64,000 nucleotides of DNA from an uncultured Alphaproteobacteria bacterium (GTDB taxonomy: Bacteria > Pseudomonadota > Alphaproteobacteria > Rhizobiales > Rhizobiaceae), in contig CAVZQS010000011.1 of the NCBI GenBank assembly GCA_963777425.1, forward strand, positions 702,874 through 766,873, read 5' to 3'. Shown piece by piece: positions 49,758-59,628 of the stretch. The translations under genes and the position numbers were made by a program. The first letter of the stretch is position 1, and every line of letters starts with the position of its first letter. The notes beneath the pieces were generated by a model. It did no database searches. It was not told where the DNA came from and saw only the letters and a list, made by a program, of their open reading frames with translations.

Positions 49758-50444
49758 ATGGCAATAGCTCCCAAAATCACTGTTGTGGAGGACGAGGAAG
49801 CTTTGAGCGTTCTTCTCCGGTACAATCTTGAAGCTGAAGGCTATCTTGTTGAGACGATTTCGCGCGGCGACGAAGCAGAAATCGCGTTGCGCGAAAAGGT
49901 GCCGGATCTTCTCATCCTCGACTGGATGCTGCCCGGCCTGTCCGGTATCGAACTCTGCCGGCGTCTGAGAGCACGGCGCGAGACAGAAATCCTGCCAATC
50001 ATCATGCTGACGGCGCGCGGCGAGGAAAGCGAACGGGTACGGGGTCTCTCGACCGGAGCCGACGACTACATGGTCAAGCCGTTCTCGACGCCGGAACTGC
50101 TTGCCCGCATCAAGTCCATGCTGCGACGGGTCAATCCGAGCCTCTTGTCGCATGTCTTGAGCTTCGGTGATCTGAAACTCGATCGCGAGCAGCACCGGGT
50201 GTTCCGCAAGGAACGCGAATTGAAGCTCGGGCCGACCGAATTTCGCCTGCTGGAATTCCTGATGCAATCACCCGGGCGGGTTTTCTCGCGCGGCCAGCTG
50301 CTGGACAATGTCTGGGGTGCCGACATCTATGTCGATGACCGCACGGTTGACGTGCATGTTGGCCGCCTGCGCAAAGCGATCAATATCGGACGCTCGATCG
50401 ATCCCATCCGCACGGTGCGCGGCGCCGGCTATTCGTTCGGCTAG
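49758..50444 (+). CDS. phoB: Phosphate regulon response regulator PhoB
   Basis: LDWMLPG, GADDYMVKPFS, LGPTEFRLL, RTVDVHVGRLR. Confidence 0.97.
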   Translation: MAIAPKITVVEDEEALSVLLRYNLEAEGYLVETISRGDEAEIALREKVPDLLILDWMLPGLSGIELCRRLRARRETEILPIIMLTARGEESERVRGLSTGADDYMVKPFSTPELLARIKSMLRRVNPSLLSHVLSFGDLKLDREQHRVFRKERELKLGPTEFRLLEFLMQSPGRVFSRGQLLDNVWGADIYVDDRTVDVHVGRLRKAINIGRSIDPIRTVRGAGYSFG

Positions 50445-51631
50445 TGCCTGTGCGATAGTTCGCGCGTCGCGTTCTCAATACCTGAAAGGGTGAGCGGGTA
50501 CATGCGCTGCGCGAAGATTTTGCGGATCATGGCCGTAGAAGCGGTGTAGTCCCAGTATTCTTCCTTGGTGGGATTGAGCCAGACCGTGTTTTTCCATTGT
50601 TCAAGAACGCGCGTGAGCCAGATCGCGCCGGCTTCCTCATTCCAATGCTCGACCGATCCGCCGGGATGCGAGACCTCATAGGGCGCCATCGCCGCGTCAC
50701 CAACGAAGATGACCTTATAGTCCGAGCCGTATTTGTGGATGACATCCAGCGTGGGGATGCTCTCCGTATAGCGGCGTCGGTTGTCCTTCCACACGCTCTC
50801 ATAGAGGCAGTTGTGGAAGTAGAAATATTCCATGTGTTTGAACTCGGAGCGTACCGCCGAAAACATTTCCTCCGCGATCTTGATATGCTCGTCCATCGAG
50901 CCGCCAACATCGAAGAACATCAGGAGCTTCACGTGGTTGCGCCGTTCGGGCCGGGTCAGAACATCGAGATAGCCATGCTCGGCCGTGGATCTTATGGTTC
51001 CTGACAAGTCGAGCTCGTCCTCGGCGCCCTCGCGGACCCAGCGACGCAGCCTTTTCAACGCGACTTTGATGTTGCGTGTCCCAAGCTCGACGCTGTCATC
51101 GAAATTCTTGAATTCCCGCCTGTCCCAGACCTTCACTGCGCGGCGGTGGCGGCTTTCATCCTGGCCGATGCGAACACCTTCGGGGTTGTAGCCATAGGCA
51201 CCGAAGGGTGATGTGCCGGCAGTGCCTATCCATTTCGACCCGCCTTGGTGGCGACCCTTTTGTTCCGCAAGGCGCTGGCGCAGGGTTTCCATGAGCTTGT
51301 CGAAACCGCCGAGCGCTTCGACCAATTTCTTCTCTTCCTCAGTCAGGTGTTTTTCTGCCAGCCGCCGCAGCCATTCCTCGGGAAGATTGGCCATGTCGAC
51401 GCCACTTTCACCGCCCAGGGCCTCAATGCCCTTGAAGAAATGACCGAAAACCTGGTCGAAGCGATCCATGTGGCGCTCGTCCTTCACTAGCGCAGACCGC
51501 GCCAGATAGTAGAAAGCCTCGACATCATAGGTCACGAGCCCTGCATCCATGCCTTCGAGCAGCGTCAGATATTCTCGCAAGGACACGGGAACTTTCGCCG
51601 CTTTGAGTTCAAGGAAGAAGGGGATGAACAT
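50441..51631 (-). CDS. vWA/CoxE-like domain protein (MoxR partner)
   Basis: WIGTAGTSPFG, FDVGGSM MIDAS, YFHNC, FVGDA. Confidence 0.9.
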   Translation of the reverse strand: MFIPFFLELKAAKVPVSLREYLTLLEGMDAGLVTYDVEAFYYLARSALVKDERHMDRFDQVFGHFFKGIEALGGESGVDMANLPEEWLRRLAEKHLTEEEKKLVEALGGFDKLMETLRQRLAEQKGRHQGGSKWIGTAGTSPFGAYGYNPEGVRIGQDESRHRRAVKVWDRREFKNFDDSVELGTRNIKVALKRLRRWVREGAEDELDLSGTIRSTAEHGYLDVLTRPERRNHVKLLMFFDVGGSMDEHIKIAEEMFSAVRSEFKHMEYFYFHNCLYESVWKDNRRRYTESIPTLDVIHKYGSDYKVIFVGDAAMAPYEVSHPGGSVEHWNEEAGAIWLTRVLEQWKNTVWLNPTKEEYWDYTASTAMIRKIFAQRMYPLTLSGIENATRELSHRH

Positions 51632-51634
51632 TGA

Positions 51635-52082
51635 TCACACCATCTTCACATATTTGATGAAAGGCGTGACCTTGGCGATGCGGTCATAGAGCTGGCGCGC
51701 AGTCGCGTTGTTCTGGTTGGTCGTCCAGTAGACCGAGTGTGCACCAGCCTTGGTCGCCTCGGCGTGCACTGCCTCGATAAGGGCACGGCCGATGCCTTTG
51801 CCACGCACGTCTGGATCGGCGAAAGAGGTCCTGCAGATAGCAGACATTCTCGATGCTCCAGCAATGCCGATGAAACAGATAGTGGGTGAGGCCGACGGGC
51901 TTGCCGTCAAGTTCCGCGATGAGGCCGCGATATTCATGATCGGCGCCTGAAGTCAGCCGGGCGAATGTTGTCCGATAGACCTCTTCGGGAACGGTCGTCT
52001 CGTAAAAGGTCAAATAGCCGGTCCACAGCCGGCGCCATTCGGCTTCGTCAGACTTTTGCAGGGGACGGATGCGAACACTCAT
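51635..52082 (-). CDS. GNAT N-acetyltransferase; +1 frameshift near 51823
   Basis: CYLQDLF/ADPDVRGKGIGRALI, NATARQLYD. Confidence 0.88.
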
Positions 52083-52926
52083 TTATCCCTGTCTCCTCGC
52101 CATGAAGGCCAATCGTTCGAACAAATGCACGTCCTGCTCGTTTTTCAAGAGCGCTCCATGCAGTTTGGGCAAAGCATTCTTCGGGTCGGCACGCAGGTCC
52201 TCGGGGGCTATGTCGTCGGCGACGAGCAACCTGATCCAGTCCAGTGCCTCGGATGTGGAAGGTTTCTTCTTGAGTCCCGGGACCTCGCGGATTTCGTAGA
52301 ATTGGGTGAGGGCGGCACGAACAAGGTTCTGCTTGATGCCGGGATAGTGGACCTCGACAATCTCTCGTCAGGGTATCAACGTCGGGGAACTTGATGTAGT
52401 GGAAGAAGCAACGGCGCAGAAAAGCGTCGGGCAATTCCTTCTCATTGTTCGACGTGATGACGACGATGGGACGATGGGCGGCGCGGATCGTCTCGCCGGT
52501 CTCGTAGACATAGAACTCGTTGCGGTCGAGTTCCTGCAGCAGGTCATTGGGGAATTCGATGTCCGCCTTGTCGATTTCGTCGATCAGAAGGACGACTTTC
52601 CGGTCGGCTGTGAAGGCATCCCACAGCTTACCTGGCTTGATGTAGTTGGTTATGTCGTTGAATCGTGCGTCGCCGAGCTGCAAATCCCGCAACCGGCTGA
52701 CGGCATCATACTCGTAAAGGCCCTGCTGTGCCTTCGTGGTGGACTTGACGTTCCATTCGATCAGGTCGAGGCCGAGCGCTGATGCAATCTGACGGGCGAG
52801 TTCTGTCTTGCCGGTTCCGGGCTCGCCCTTGACGAGGAGCGGGCGCTCCAGCGCGATCGCCGCATTGACCGCTACCATCAAGTCCTTGTCGGCCACATAG
52901 GCCGCTGTTCCTTCAAACCGCATCAT
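52083..52926 (-). CDS. MoxR-family AAA+ ATPase; +1 frameshift near 52363
   Basis: GEPGTGKT, LLIDEIDKAD, ELPDAFLRRC; shifted frame KKPSTSEALDW...ARRQG*. Confidence 0.92.
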
Positions 52927-53033
52927 AGGTCCTTTCGTGATGGGGCGAGATTAGGGGCGTAGCGAAACAAGGGCAAGAGTATGAAATTAGCCGACAACGC
53001 CACTGGTGCAACACAAGCATCCGTCCTATATTC

Positions 53034-53193
53034 GCGTCGGCGCTCTGCGCTTCTCGACAGGAGAGACTTATTCCCCGGGGCCTTAATGATCCCTTAGGGA
53101 GCTGTCACTGAGGAGGCCCGTGGGCTTCCTCACACGGCGCCCACCTACTTTGTAGGTACCCGGGATCGACTTCTCCATCGGTTGTGTGGACGC
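53034..53193 (+). ncRNA. ssrS: 6S RNA
   Basis: Alphaproteobacterial 6S-like motifs CCCGGGGCCTT...GATCC...GGGAGCTGTC...CGGCGCCCACCTAC...GTAGG; ends pair (GCGTC/GACGC); canonical position upstream of ygfA; ends approximate. Confidence 0.85.
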
Positions 53194-53241
53194 CGCTTTG
53201 TTTTCGTGCTCATCCCGAGCTGGCGTTGCTGCCGGCGCCTC

Positions 53242-53859
53242 ATGAGATTCACTGTGAAGCACCATTCCCCCATCAAAGACCTGAAGAAAAATTTGCGGCT
53301 TGAAGCCTTGAACCGGCGCGATGCTCTTGATGTCGAATATCGGATCGAGGCGGCGGTGCGGATCGCGGATATTGGCCTGGCGTCTTTTGAACTTGAGAGT
53401 GGAGCGATCGTTTCCGGTTTCTGGCCTATCCGTTCGGAAATGGATTTGCGCCCGTTGCTTTTCGGACTGCGCGAGCGTGGAGCCCAGCTCTGCCTGCCAG
53501 TGATCATCGACAAGCACACCATTCTGTTTCGCGAGCTTGTACGGGGTGAGCCAATGGTCGAGACCGGCTTTGGCACGGCGGGGCCGCCTGAGAATGCTGT
53601 TGTTCTTGACCCTACTTTCATGCTGGTGCCTCTTGCGGCCTTTGACGCGCGGGGGCATCGCATTGGCTACGGTGCAGGCTATTATGACCGCGCAATTGCG
53701 CGCTTGCAGGAGATAGGCGTCAATCCGCGGCTAATCGGCGTGGCGTTCGACTGTCAGGAGGTCGAAATCGTCCCTGATGAGCCGCATGACATGCCGCTGG
53801 AGGCTATCCTGACTGAAAGCGGGTTGCGCCGGTTTGGCAGGACCGATAAAGCCAGTTAA
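53242..53859 (+). CDS. ygfA: 5-formyltetrahydrofolate cyclo-ligase
   Basis: FWPIRSE, LVPLAAFD..GHRIGYGAGYYDR, EPHD. Confidence 0.94.
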   Translation: MRFTVKHHSPIKDLKKNLRLEALNRRDALDVEYRIEAAVRIADIGLASFELESGAIVSGFWPIRSEMDLRPLLFGLRERGAQLCLPVIIDKHTILFRELVRGEPMVETGFGTAGPPENAVVLDPTFMLVPLAAFDARGHRIGYGAGYYDRAIARLQEIGVNPRLIGVAFDCQEVEIVPDEPHDMPLEAILTESGLRRFGRTDKAS

Positions 53860-53923
53860 CAATTGCAAACCCGCCAGACCCATAGGCTTTGGGAGCGGCA
53901 GTTTCGTATCAGGAAGTGCGCGC

Positions 53924-54748
53924 GTGAGACTACTTTTTCTTGGTGACATGGTGGGCCGCTCGGGCCGCACGGCCGTCTATGAGCAATTGCCGGGTCTGAT
54001 ATCCGATCTGAAACTCGACTTCACCATCGTTAATGGCGAAAACGCTGCAGGCGGTTTTGGCATCACAGAGGAAATCTTCCACGATACGATCAATGCGGGT
54101 GCCGACGTCGTCACGACTGGTAATCACGTCTGGGATCAGCGCGAGGCACTGGTTTTCGCCACACGCGAACAACGCTTCCTGCGTCCAGCGAATTTCCCGC
54201 TCGGCACGGCGGGTAAGGGCTCGGGCGTGTTCCTTGCCAAGAACGGCGCTCGGGTTCTTGTTTCGAACATCATGGGCCGGGTTTTCATGCACCCGGACCT
54301 GCATGACCCGTTCACGATCGCCGAGGAAATCCTGGCGGCGTGCCCGCTGGGCGAACAGGCCGATGCTGTGGTCTTTGATTTCCATGCGGAAGCCACCAGT
54401 GAAAAGCAGTGTTTCGGTCATTTTGTCGACGGCCGTGCCAGCTTCGTCGTCGGCACTCATACGCACGTCCCTACGGCAGATGCCCAAATCCTCAACGGTG
54501 GCACGGCCTATATGTCCGATGCGGGCATGTGCGGTGATTACGATTCATCGCTCGGAATGGACAAGGAAGAACCGCTCAATCGCTTTCTGTCGAAGGTTCC
54601 GAAAGGCAGATTTGAAGCGGCAAGCGGCAAGGCCACGATCTGCGGCGTCGGGGTCGAGATTTCCGATCGCACCGGGCTAGCTGAAAAGATCGCGCCGTTG
54701 CGGCTTGGTCCAAGACTTGAAGAAACAATCCCCTCCTTCTGGAAATGA
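53924..54748 (+). CDS. TIGR00282/YmdB-like metallophosphoesterase
   Basis: FLGD, NGENAAGG, TGNH, DFHAEATSEK, GTHTH. Confidence 0.94.
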   Translation: MRLLFLGDMVGRSGRTAVYEQLPGLISDLKLDFTIVNGENAAGGFGITEEIFHDTINAGADVVTTGNHVWDQREALVFATREQRFLRPANFPLGTAGKGSGVFLAKNGARVLVSNIMGRVFMHPDLHDPFTIAEEILAACPLGEQADAVVFDFHAEATSEKQCFGHFVDGRASFVVGTHTHVPTADAQILNGGTAYMSDAGMCGDYDSSLGMDKEEPLNRFLSKVPKGRFEAASGKATICGVGVEISDRTGLAEKIAPLRLGPRLEETIPSFWK

Positions 54749-54825
54749 GTTGACCGAAGACTGGCACGGCCCTTTAAGTCGTGCCTTCGGTTTGCACCAT
54801 CCGGGCCAACATAGGAACGACCCCC

Positions 54826-55581
54826 ATGGAAGCGCTTCTCTCCCATTTCGATTTCATCTATCAGCCCGCCGGGCTCATCGCCCTTGTCACGCTTGTCGTG
54901 ATGGAGGTTGTGCTCGGCATCGACAATCTCATCTTCATTTCGATCCTCACCAACAAATTACCGAAGGAACAGCAGGCGCGTGCCCGTCGTCTCGGCATCA
55001 GCGCAGCGCTCATTTTGCGCCTGGCCTTGTTGTTCACCATTTCGATTATCGTGCAATTAACGGAGCCCGTGTTCGAAGCCTTTGGTCATGGCTTTTCGTG
55101 GCGTGACATGATCCTGATAGCCGGCGGCCTCTTCCTGGTTTGGAAGGCGACGAAGGAAATTCATCACACGGTCGATCATGAGGATGCCAAGGATGACGTG
55201 ATCGGCAAGGCCGTCACCTTGACGATGGGCGCGGCGATCACCCAGATCCTGGTACTTGATCTCGTATTCTCGGTGGACTCGATCATTACCGCGGTTGGCA
55301 TGACCGATGAGATTGCAATCATGGTGATCGCAGTGTTGGCCGCCGTTACGGTCATGCTGCTCGCTGCCGAACCATTGTCGAGATTCATTGCCGCCAATCC
55401 AACCATCGTCATGCTCGCCCTCGGCTTCCTCTTGATGATCGGCATGACACTAATCGCCGATGGATTTGGCTTCCATGTGCCGAAAGGCTACATCTACGCG
55501 GCGATGGGTTTCTCGGCTCTTGTCGAAGCGCTCAACATGCTGGCACGGCGTAGAAAAAAGAAAGCGCAAGCTGCAAAGTAA
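54826..55581 (+). CDS. TerC-family membrane protein
   Basis: [31 protein letters not shown]. Confidence 0.93.
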   Translation: MEALLSHFDFIYQPAGLIALVTLVVMEVVLGIDNLIFISILTNKLPKEQQARARRLGISAALILRLALLFTISIIVQLTEPVFEAFGHGFSWRDMILIAGGLFLVWKATKEIHHTVDHEDAKDDVIGKAVTLTMGAAITQILVLDLVFSVDSIITAVGMTDEIAIMVIAVLAAVTVMLLAAEPLSRFIAANPTIVMLALGFLLMIGMTLIADGFGFHVPKGYIYAAMGFSALVEALNMLARRRKKKAQAAK

Positions 55582-55608
55582 TCACATCGCTATAAGGACG
55601 TCACCTCA

Positions 55609-56191
55609 ATGAATCATCACATGCTCTCCGGCGCTTTCGTTCCCTTGAAACTTGCCGACCGCTCCCTGGCGTACAAGATCCTGGCTATTTTGATCGGCAC
55701 GGCGTTTCTTGCTGTCAGTTCCTGGATCGAGGTGCCAATGTATCCGGTGCCGGTGACGATGCAGACATTCGCGGTGACCATGGTCGGCGCACTGTATGGC
55801 TGGCGCCTTGGCGGGATCACTGTTGTTGTCTGGCTTCTTAGAATCGTTCGTCGGATTGCCGGTTTTGGCCGGCGGCATGCCGGGTCAGATCGCTTTTGTC
55901 GGACCGACGGCCGGCTATCTGTATTCCTTTCCTGTTGTGGCTGCCTTTGTTGGTTTGCTCGCCGAACGCGGCCTGACGCGCAATCCATTCTACTCCTTCG
56001 CGGTTATGCTACTTGGGAACGTCCTGTGCCTCGCGCTCGGCGCATCCTGGCTCGCAAACATGATCGGACTTGAAAAGGCCTGGACCTTCGGCGTCGCACC
56101 ATTCATCATTGGCGGCGTTCTGAAGTCGGCGCTTGCGGCGGCAACAATTGAACTGCTTCGCCGTTCAGGGATCATGGTTCGTCTCTCTTGA
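55609..56191 (+). CDS. bioY: Biotin transporter BioY; +1 frameshift near 55838
   Basis: PVPVTMQTF, GLPVLAGG, GPTAGYL. Confidence 0.9.
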
Positions 56192-56613
56192 CGGTAAGAC
56201 TTCGCCCGCATCACTTGCTCTGCATGCTGACCTATGTCGGTAAAGGTTACAGCCCGGCTTTTACCGCCAATTACGACAAGGTCATTTCCAGGCTTGCAGC
56301 GGGCGAAGGTATCCTTATCCAGGACGGACCTGACGATATATGCCAGCCACTCCTGGCTTCGGATGAACCTCACTGCTTGCTTGACAGCGTCGTTGAGCGC
56401 GATGCCAAGGCAAGGCGCGACGTTGGCCACCTGCTCGGCCAATCTCTCCAGGCTAGCGATGTCGTCAAGCTCGACGACAGAATGCTCGGCCACCTCCGCG
56501 ACGCTTTCCTAAACGGTAAGACACGTGCCGCCTGCACCGGGTGCGAGTGGTTTGACCTCTGTTCGACCGTTTCAGCAACCGGCTACCGCCATACCCGCCT
56601 CAAGCCGTCCTGA
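56188..56613 (+). CDS. DUF1284-family His/Cys-rich protein
   Basis: LRPHHLLCMLTYVGKGYS, GPDDIC, CTGCEWFDLC. Confidence 0.85.
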   Translation: MTVRLRPHHLLCMLTYVGKGYSPAFTANYDKVISRLAAGEGILIQDGPDDICQPLLASDEPHCLLDSVVERDAKARRDVGHLLGQSLQASDVVKLDDRMLGHLRDAFLNGKTRAACTGCEWFDLCSTVSATGYRHTRLKPS

Positions 56614-56779
56614 AAATACTGTGACAGCTAAACACGCTTGTACGCTGGACGAGACGCCGGTTTTTACCTATAAGGGCGCCATTCCAGAAGCATGTCTCCG
56701 CTCGGTGCCGCCCGCAGCTATATTTGCAGGGGCCCCTGACGCGGAACATCAGCAACCGTATTAAGCACGCAGGGGTGCC

Positions 56780-57529
56780 ATGGCAGGCCATTCACAGTTC
56801 AAGAACATCATGCACCGCAAAGGGCGTCAGGACGCCGTTCGGTCAAAAATCTTCTCCAAGCTCGGGCGCGAAATCACCGTTGCCGCCAAACAGGGCTTGC
56901 CTGATCCGGCGATGAACCCGCGACTGCGTCTGGCCGTTCAGAATGCCAGGGCGCAGTCGATGCCCAAGGACAATATTGAGCGGGCCATCAAAAAGGCCGC
57001 AGGCGGCGATGCCGACAACTACGAAGAAGTACGATATGAAGGTTATGGCCCGGGCGGTGTGGCTGTCATCGTCGAAGCCTTGACGGACAATCGAAATCGT
57101 ACTGCCTCGAACGTGCGGGCAGCGTTCACCAAGGCCGGTGGTGCCATGGGCGAGACCGGATCGGTTGGCTTTATGTTCAACCGGGTCGGGGAAATCACCT
57201 ACAAGCCGGAAGCCGGCAGTGCCGACAAAGTCATGGAAGCCGCCATCGAGGCTGGCGCTGATGACGTTTCGAACGACGAAGATGGTCATGTCATCCTGTG
57301 CGCTTTTGAAGACATCGGCGAGGTATCAAAGGCGCTGGAAGGCGTGTTGGGTGAAGCGGAATCGATCAAGGCGATCTGGAAGCCCCAGACTACTGCTCCG
57401 GTCGACGAGGAAAAGGCCCAGTCGGTCCTGCGTTTGATCTCGACGCTGGATGATGATGACGATGTTCAAAACGTCTATGCGAATTTCGAGGTAAGCGACG
57501 AGGTTCTGGCAAAGTTGAGCGCTGCCTGA
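56780..57529 (+). CDS. yebC: YebC/PmpR-family protein
   Basis: [34 protein letters not shown]. Confidence 0.96.
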   Translation: MAGHSQFKNIMHRKGRQDAVRSKIFSKLGREITVAAKQGLPDPAMNPRLRLAVQNARAQSMPKDNIERAIKKAAGGDADNYEEVRYEGYGPGGVAVIVEALTDNRNRTASNVRAAFTKAGGAMGETGSVGFMFNRVGEITYKPEAGSADKVMEAAIEAGADDVSNDEDGHVILCAFEDIGEVSKALEGVLGEAESIKAIWKPQTTAPVDEEKAQSVLRLISTLDDDDDVQNVYANFEVSDEVLAKLSAA

Positions 57530-57558
57530 TCTCATGCAAGCAATTGTAATACAATCGG

Positions 57559-57594
57559 ATCCCGCCAGCCAAAGTCTGGCGGGATTCGCGTTTT
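57559..57594 (+). terminator. Intrinsic terminator between convergent yebC and APC permease
   Basis: atcccgccag-N7-ctggcgggat followed by cgcgtttt. Confidence 0.7.
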
Positions 57595-57598
57595 GGGC

Positions 57599-59023
57599 TC
57601 AGTTCACGGGGCCATCGCCGCCAATGGCTTCCATATCCGGTTCGGCGGGCACGACACCTGTGGCGCGGTTGATGAGAATCGTGACCACCCACAAGACGAC
57701 ACCGATGCCGATCAGTATCCCGGCAATTTTGTATTGCACCGGATCGCGTCCTGTCCATGGTCCGGCAAAGAAGGCGCAGGAGATTGCACCCAGGACCGGC
57801 AGGAATGTTGGTGTGCGGAAATGCTCGTGGTCAACTGCTTCGCGGCGCAGCACGAGGACGGCGATATTGACGATCGTGAAGACGAACAACAGCAGCAGCG
57901 CAGTTGTACCGCCCAGCGCCGGGACTCCCCCGACGAACATGATCAGGCAAAATGCGAGGAGCGTTGTGAAAGCAATCGCCAGATAGGGCGTGCGGCGCGT
58001 TGGATGCACCTTGCCGAATAAAGGCGGAAGTACATGTTCGCGGCTCATGCCGTAGACGAGGCGGCTCGCCATCAACATGTTGATCAAAGCGCTGTTGGCG
58101 ACAGCAAACATGGTGATGAAGCCAAAAATCCACAAGGGGAAATTGGGCGCACCGGCCTGCACAACCTTGAGCAGGGGTGTCTCGCCCTGTCCAAGATCAG
58201 CAGGGGCAACCAAGGTGATTGCCGATATCGATACCAGCACATAGATTGTCCCGGTGATGAACAAGCCGGCGAGCAGCACCTTTGGAAAGATGCCTGACGG
58301 GTTCTTGCATTCCTCCGCCATATTGACCGAATCCTCGAAGCCAACCATGGCAAAGAACGCTAGGGTGGTCGCTGCCATGACGGACCAGAACACGCTGGAA
58401 TCGGGGGATGTGGCGAATTGGGTAATGCGTGAGACATCGCCCTGGCCACCGAAAATCGCCCAGAGTCCAATGAAGATAATAATCAGCAGACCGGTCAGTT
58501 CGACGACGGTCAGGACAACATTGGCCTTCACGCTCTCGCCAACCCCGCGAAAATTTACGGCAGCCACGACGGCCATGAAAGCGAGGGCGACCAGCGTGAT
58601 CCCGATACCGGTCTCAAGGTTGAGCTGGAACGCTCCGGAAAGGTTGGCTGCAAAAGCGCGCGACGCCGTCGATGCGGATGTGATGCCTGAGCACATCACA
58701 GTGAAGGCGACAATGAACGTGACGAAATGGATGCCGAACGCCTTGTGCGTGTAGAGTGCTGCGCCAGCTGCCTTGGGATATTTTGTAACCAGCTCCAGAT
58801 AGCTGAATGCGGTGATGACTGCCACGACGAAAGCCACAAGAAAGGGCAGCCAGACGACGCCGCCAACCTGTTTTGCTACCTGTCCAGTGAGGGCGTAAAT
58901 GCCGGTGCCGAGAATGTCACCCACGATGAAGAGGAGTAGAAGCCAGGGGCCCATGACCCTGTGAAGACTTGGCTCAATCGCCGTCCCCGAAGCCGCGTTG
59001 CTACCTGAAGTCGTGTCGGTCAT
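57599..59023 (-). CDS. APC-family amino acid permease
   Basis: GDILGTGIY, FSYLEL, FFAMVGFED, ASRLVYGMSRE. Confidence 0.92.
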   Translation of the reverse strand: MTDTTSGSNAASGTAIEPSLHRVMGPWLLLLFIVGDILGTGIYALTGQVAKQVGGVVWLPFLVAFVVAVITAFSYLELVTKYPKAAGAALYTHKAFGIHFVTFIVAFTVMCSGITSASTASRAFAANLSGAFQLNLETGIGITLVALAFMAVVAAVNFRGVGESVKANVVLTVVELTGLLIIIFIGLWAIFGGQGDVSRITQFATSPDSSVFWSVMAATTLAFFAMVGFEDSVNMAEECKNPSGIFPKVLLAGLFITGTIYVLVSISAITLVAPADLGQGETPLLKVVQAGAPNFPLWIFGFITMFAVANSALINMLMASRLVYGMSREHVLPPLFGKVHPTRRTPYLAIAFTTLLAFCLIMFVGGVPALGGTTALLLLFVFTIVNIAVLVLRREAVDHEHFRTPTFLPVLGAISCAFFAGPWTGRDPVQYKIAGILIGIGVVLWVVTILINRATGVVPAEPDMEAIGGDGPVN

Positions 59024-59150
59024 CGGGTTTTCCCTCCCTTGAAAGCAGATAAGCGTGGGAAAAAGCTATTGGCGAATCAGCAACTTGTCAAACAACCTCG
59101 CCTGTCATTGCGTTGCGCCGCATCGCGTCACTGCCAATTTCCAACAAACA

Positions 59151-59180
59151 AAAACGGCCCCGAATGAAGGGGGCCGTTTT
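59151..59180 (-). terminator. Intrinsic terminator downstream of rpmE
   Basis: aaaacggcccc ... ggggccgtttt with flanking A/T runs. Confidence 0.85.
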
Positions 59181-59202
59181 GAAGTCCTGCCTGCCGACGG
59201 TC

Positions 59203-59424
59203 TTATATACCGAGATTGGCGAAACGGCTCTTGAACTTCGACACGCGGCCACCGCGGTCGGTCAGCTGCTGCGAACCACCGGTCCATGCCGGATGGGTGG
59301 ATGGGTCGATATCGAGGTTCATCGTATCGCCTTCCTTGCCCCAGGTAGAGCGGGTCATGTATTCCGTGCCATCGGTCATGACGACTTTGATGGTGTGATA
59401 GTCGGGATGAATATTGGCTTTCAT
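59203..59424 (-). CDS. rpmE: 50S ribosomal protein L31 (Cys-free type)
   Basis: [10 protein letters not shown]...HPAWTGG...GGRVSKF. Confidence 0.97.
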   Translation of the reverse strand: MKANIHPDYHTIKVVMTDGTEYMTRSTWGKEGDTMNLDIDPSTHPAWTGGSQQLTDRGGRVSKFKSRFANLGI

Positions 59425-59628
59425 CTGTATTATCCTAAACTAGAGGGCACAAAACCAGAGCCACGGACGATGTGGTATGCCGGTCGGGAGCCGATTGGTA
59501 GAGATGAAGCCAAACGTCACAGGGGCGTGGGCTTCCAAAACTGTTGGCGAGCCTATACATCAGCCTTTAAGCAATAACAAGGCCGTCTGGCCGCAAAGTC
59601 GCAAAGCGATGTGAGGAAGACAGAGACA

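Noticed and set aside
54749-54825. Possible yybP-ykoY (Mn) riboswitch before the TerC gene
   Set aside because: Only 77 nt and lacks the conserved motifs
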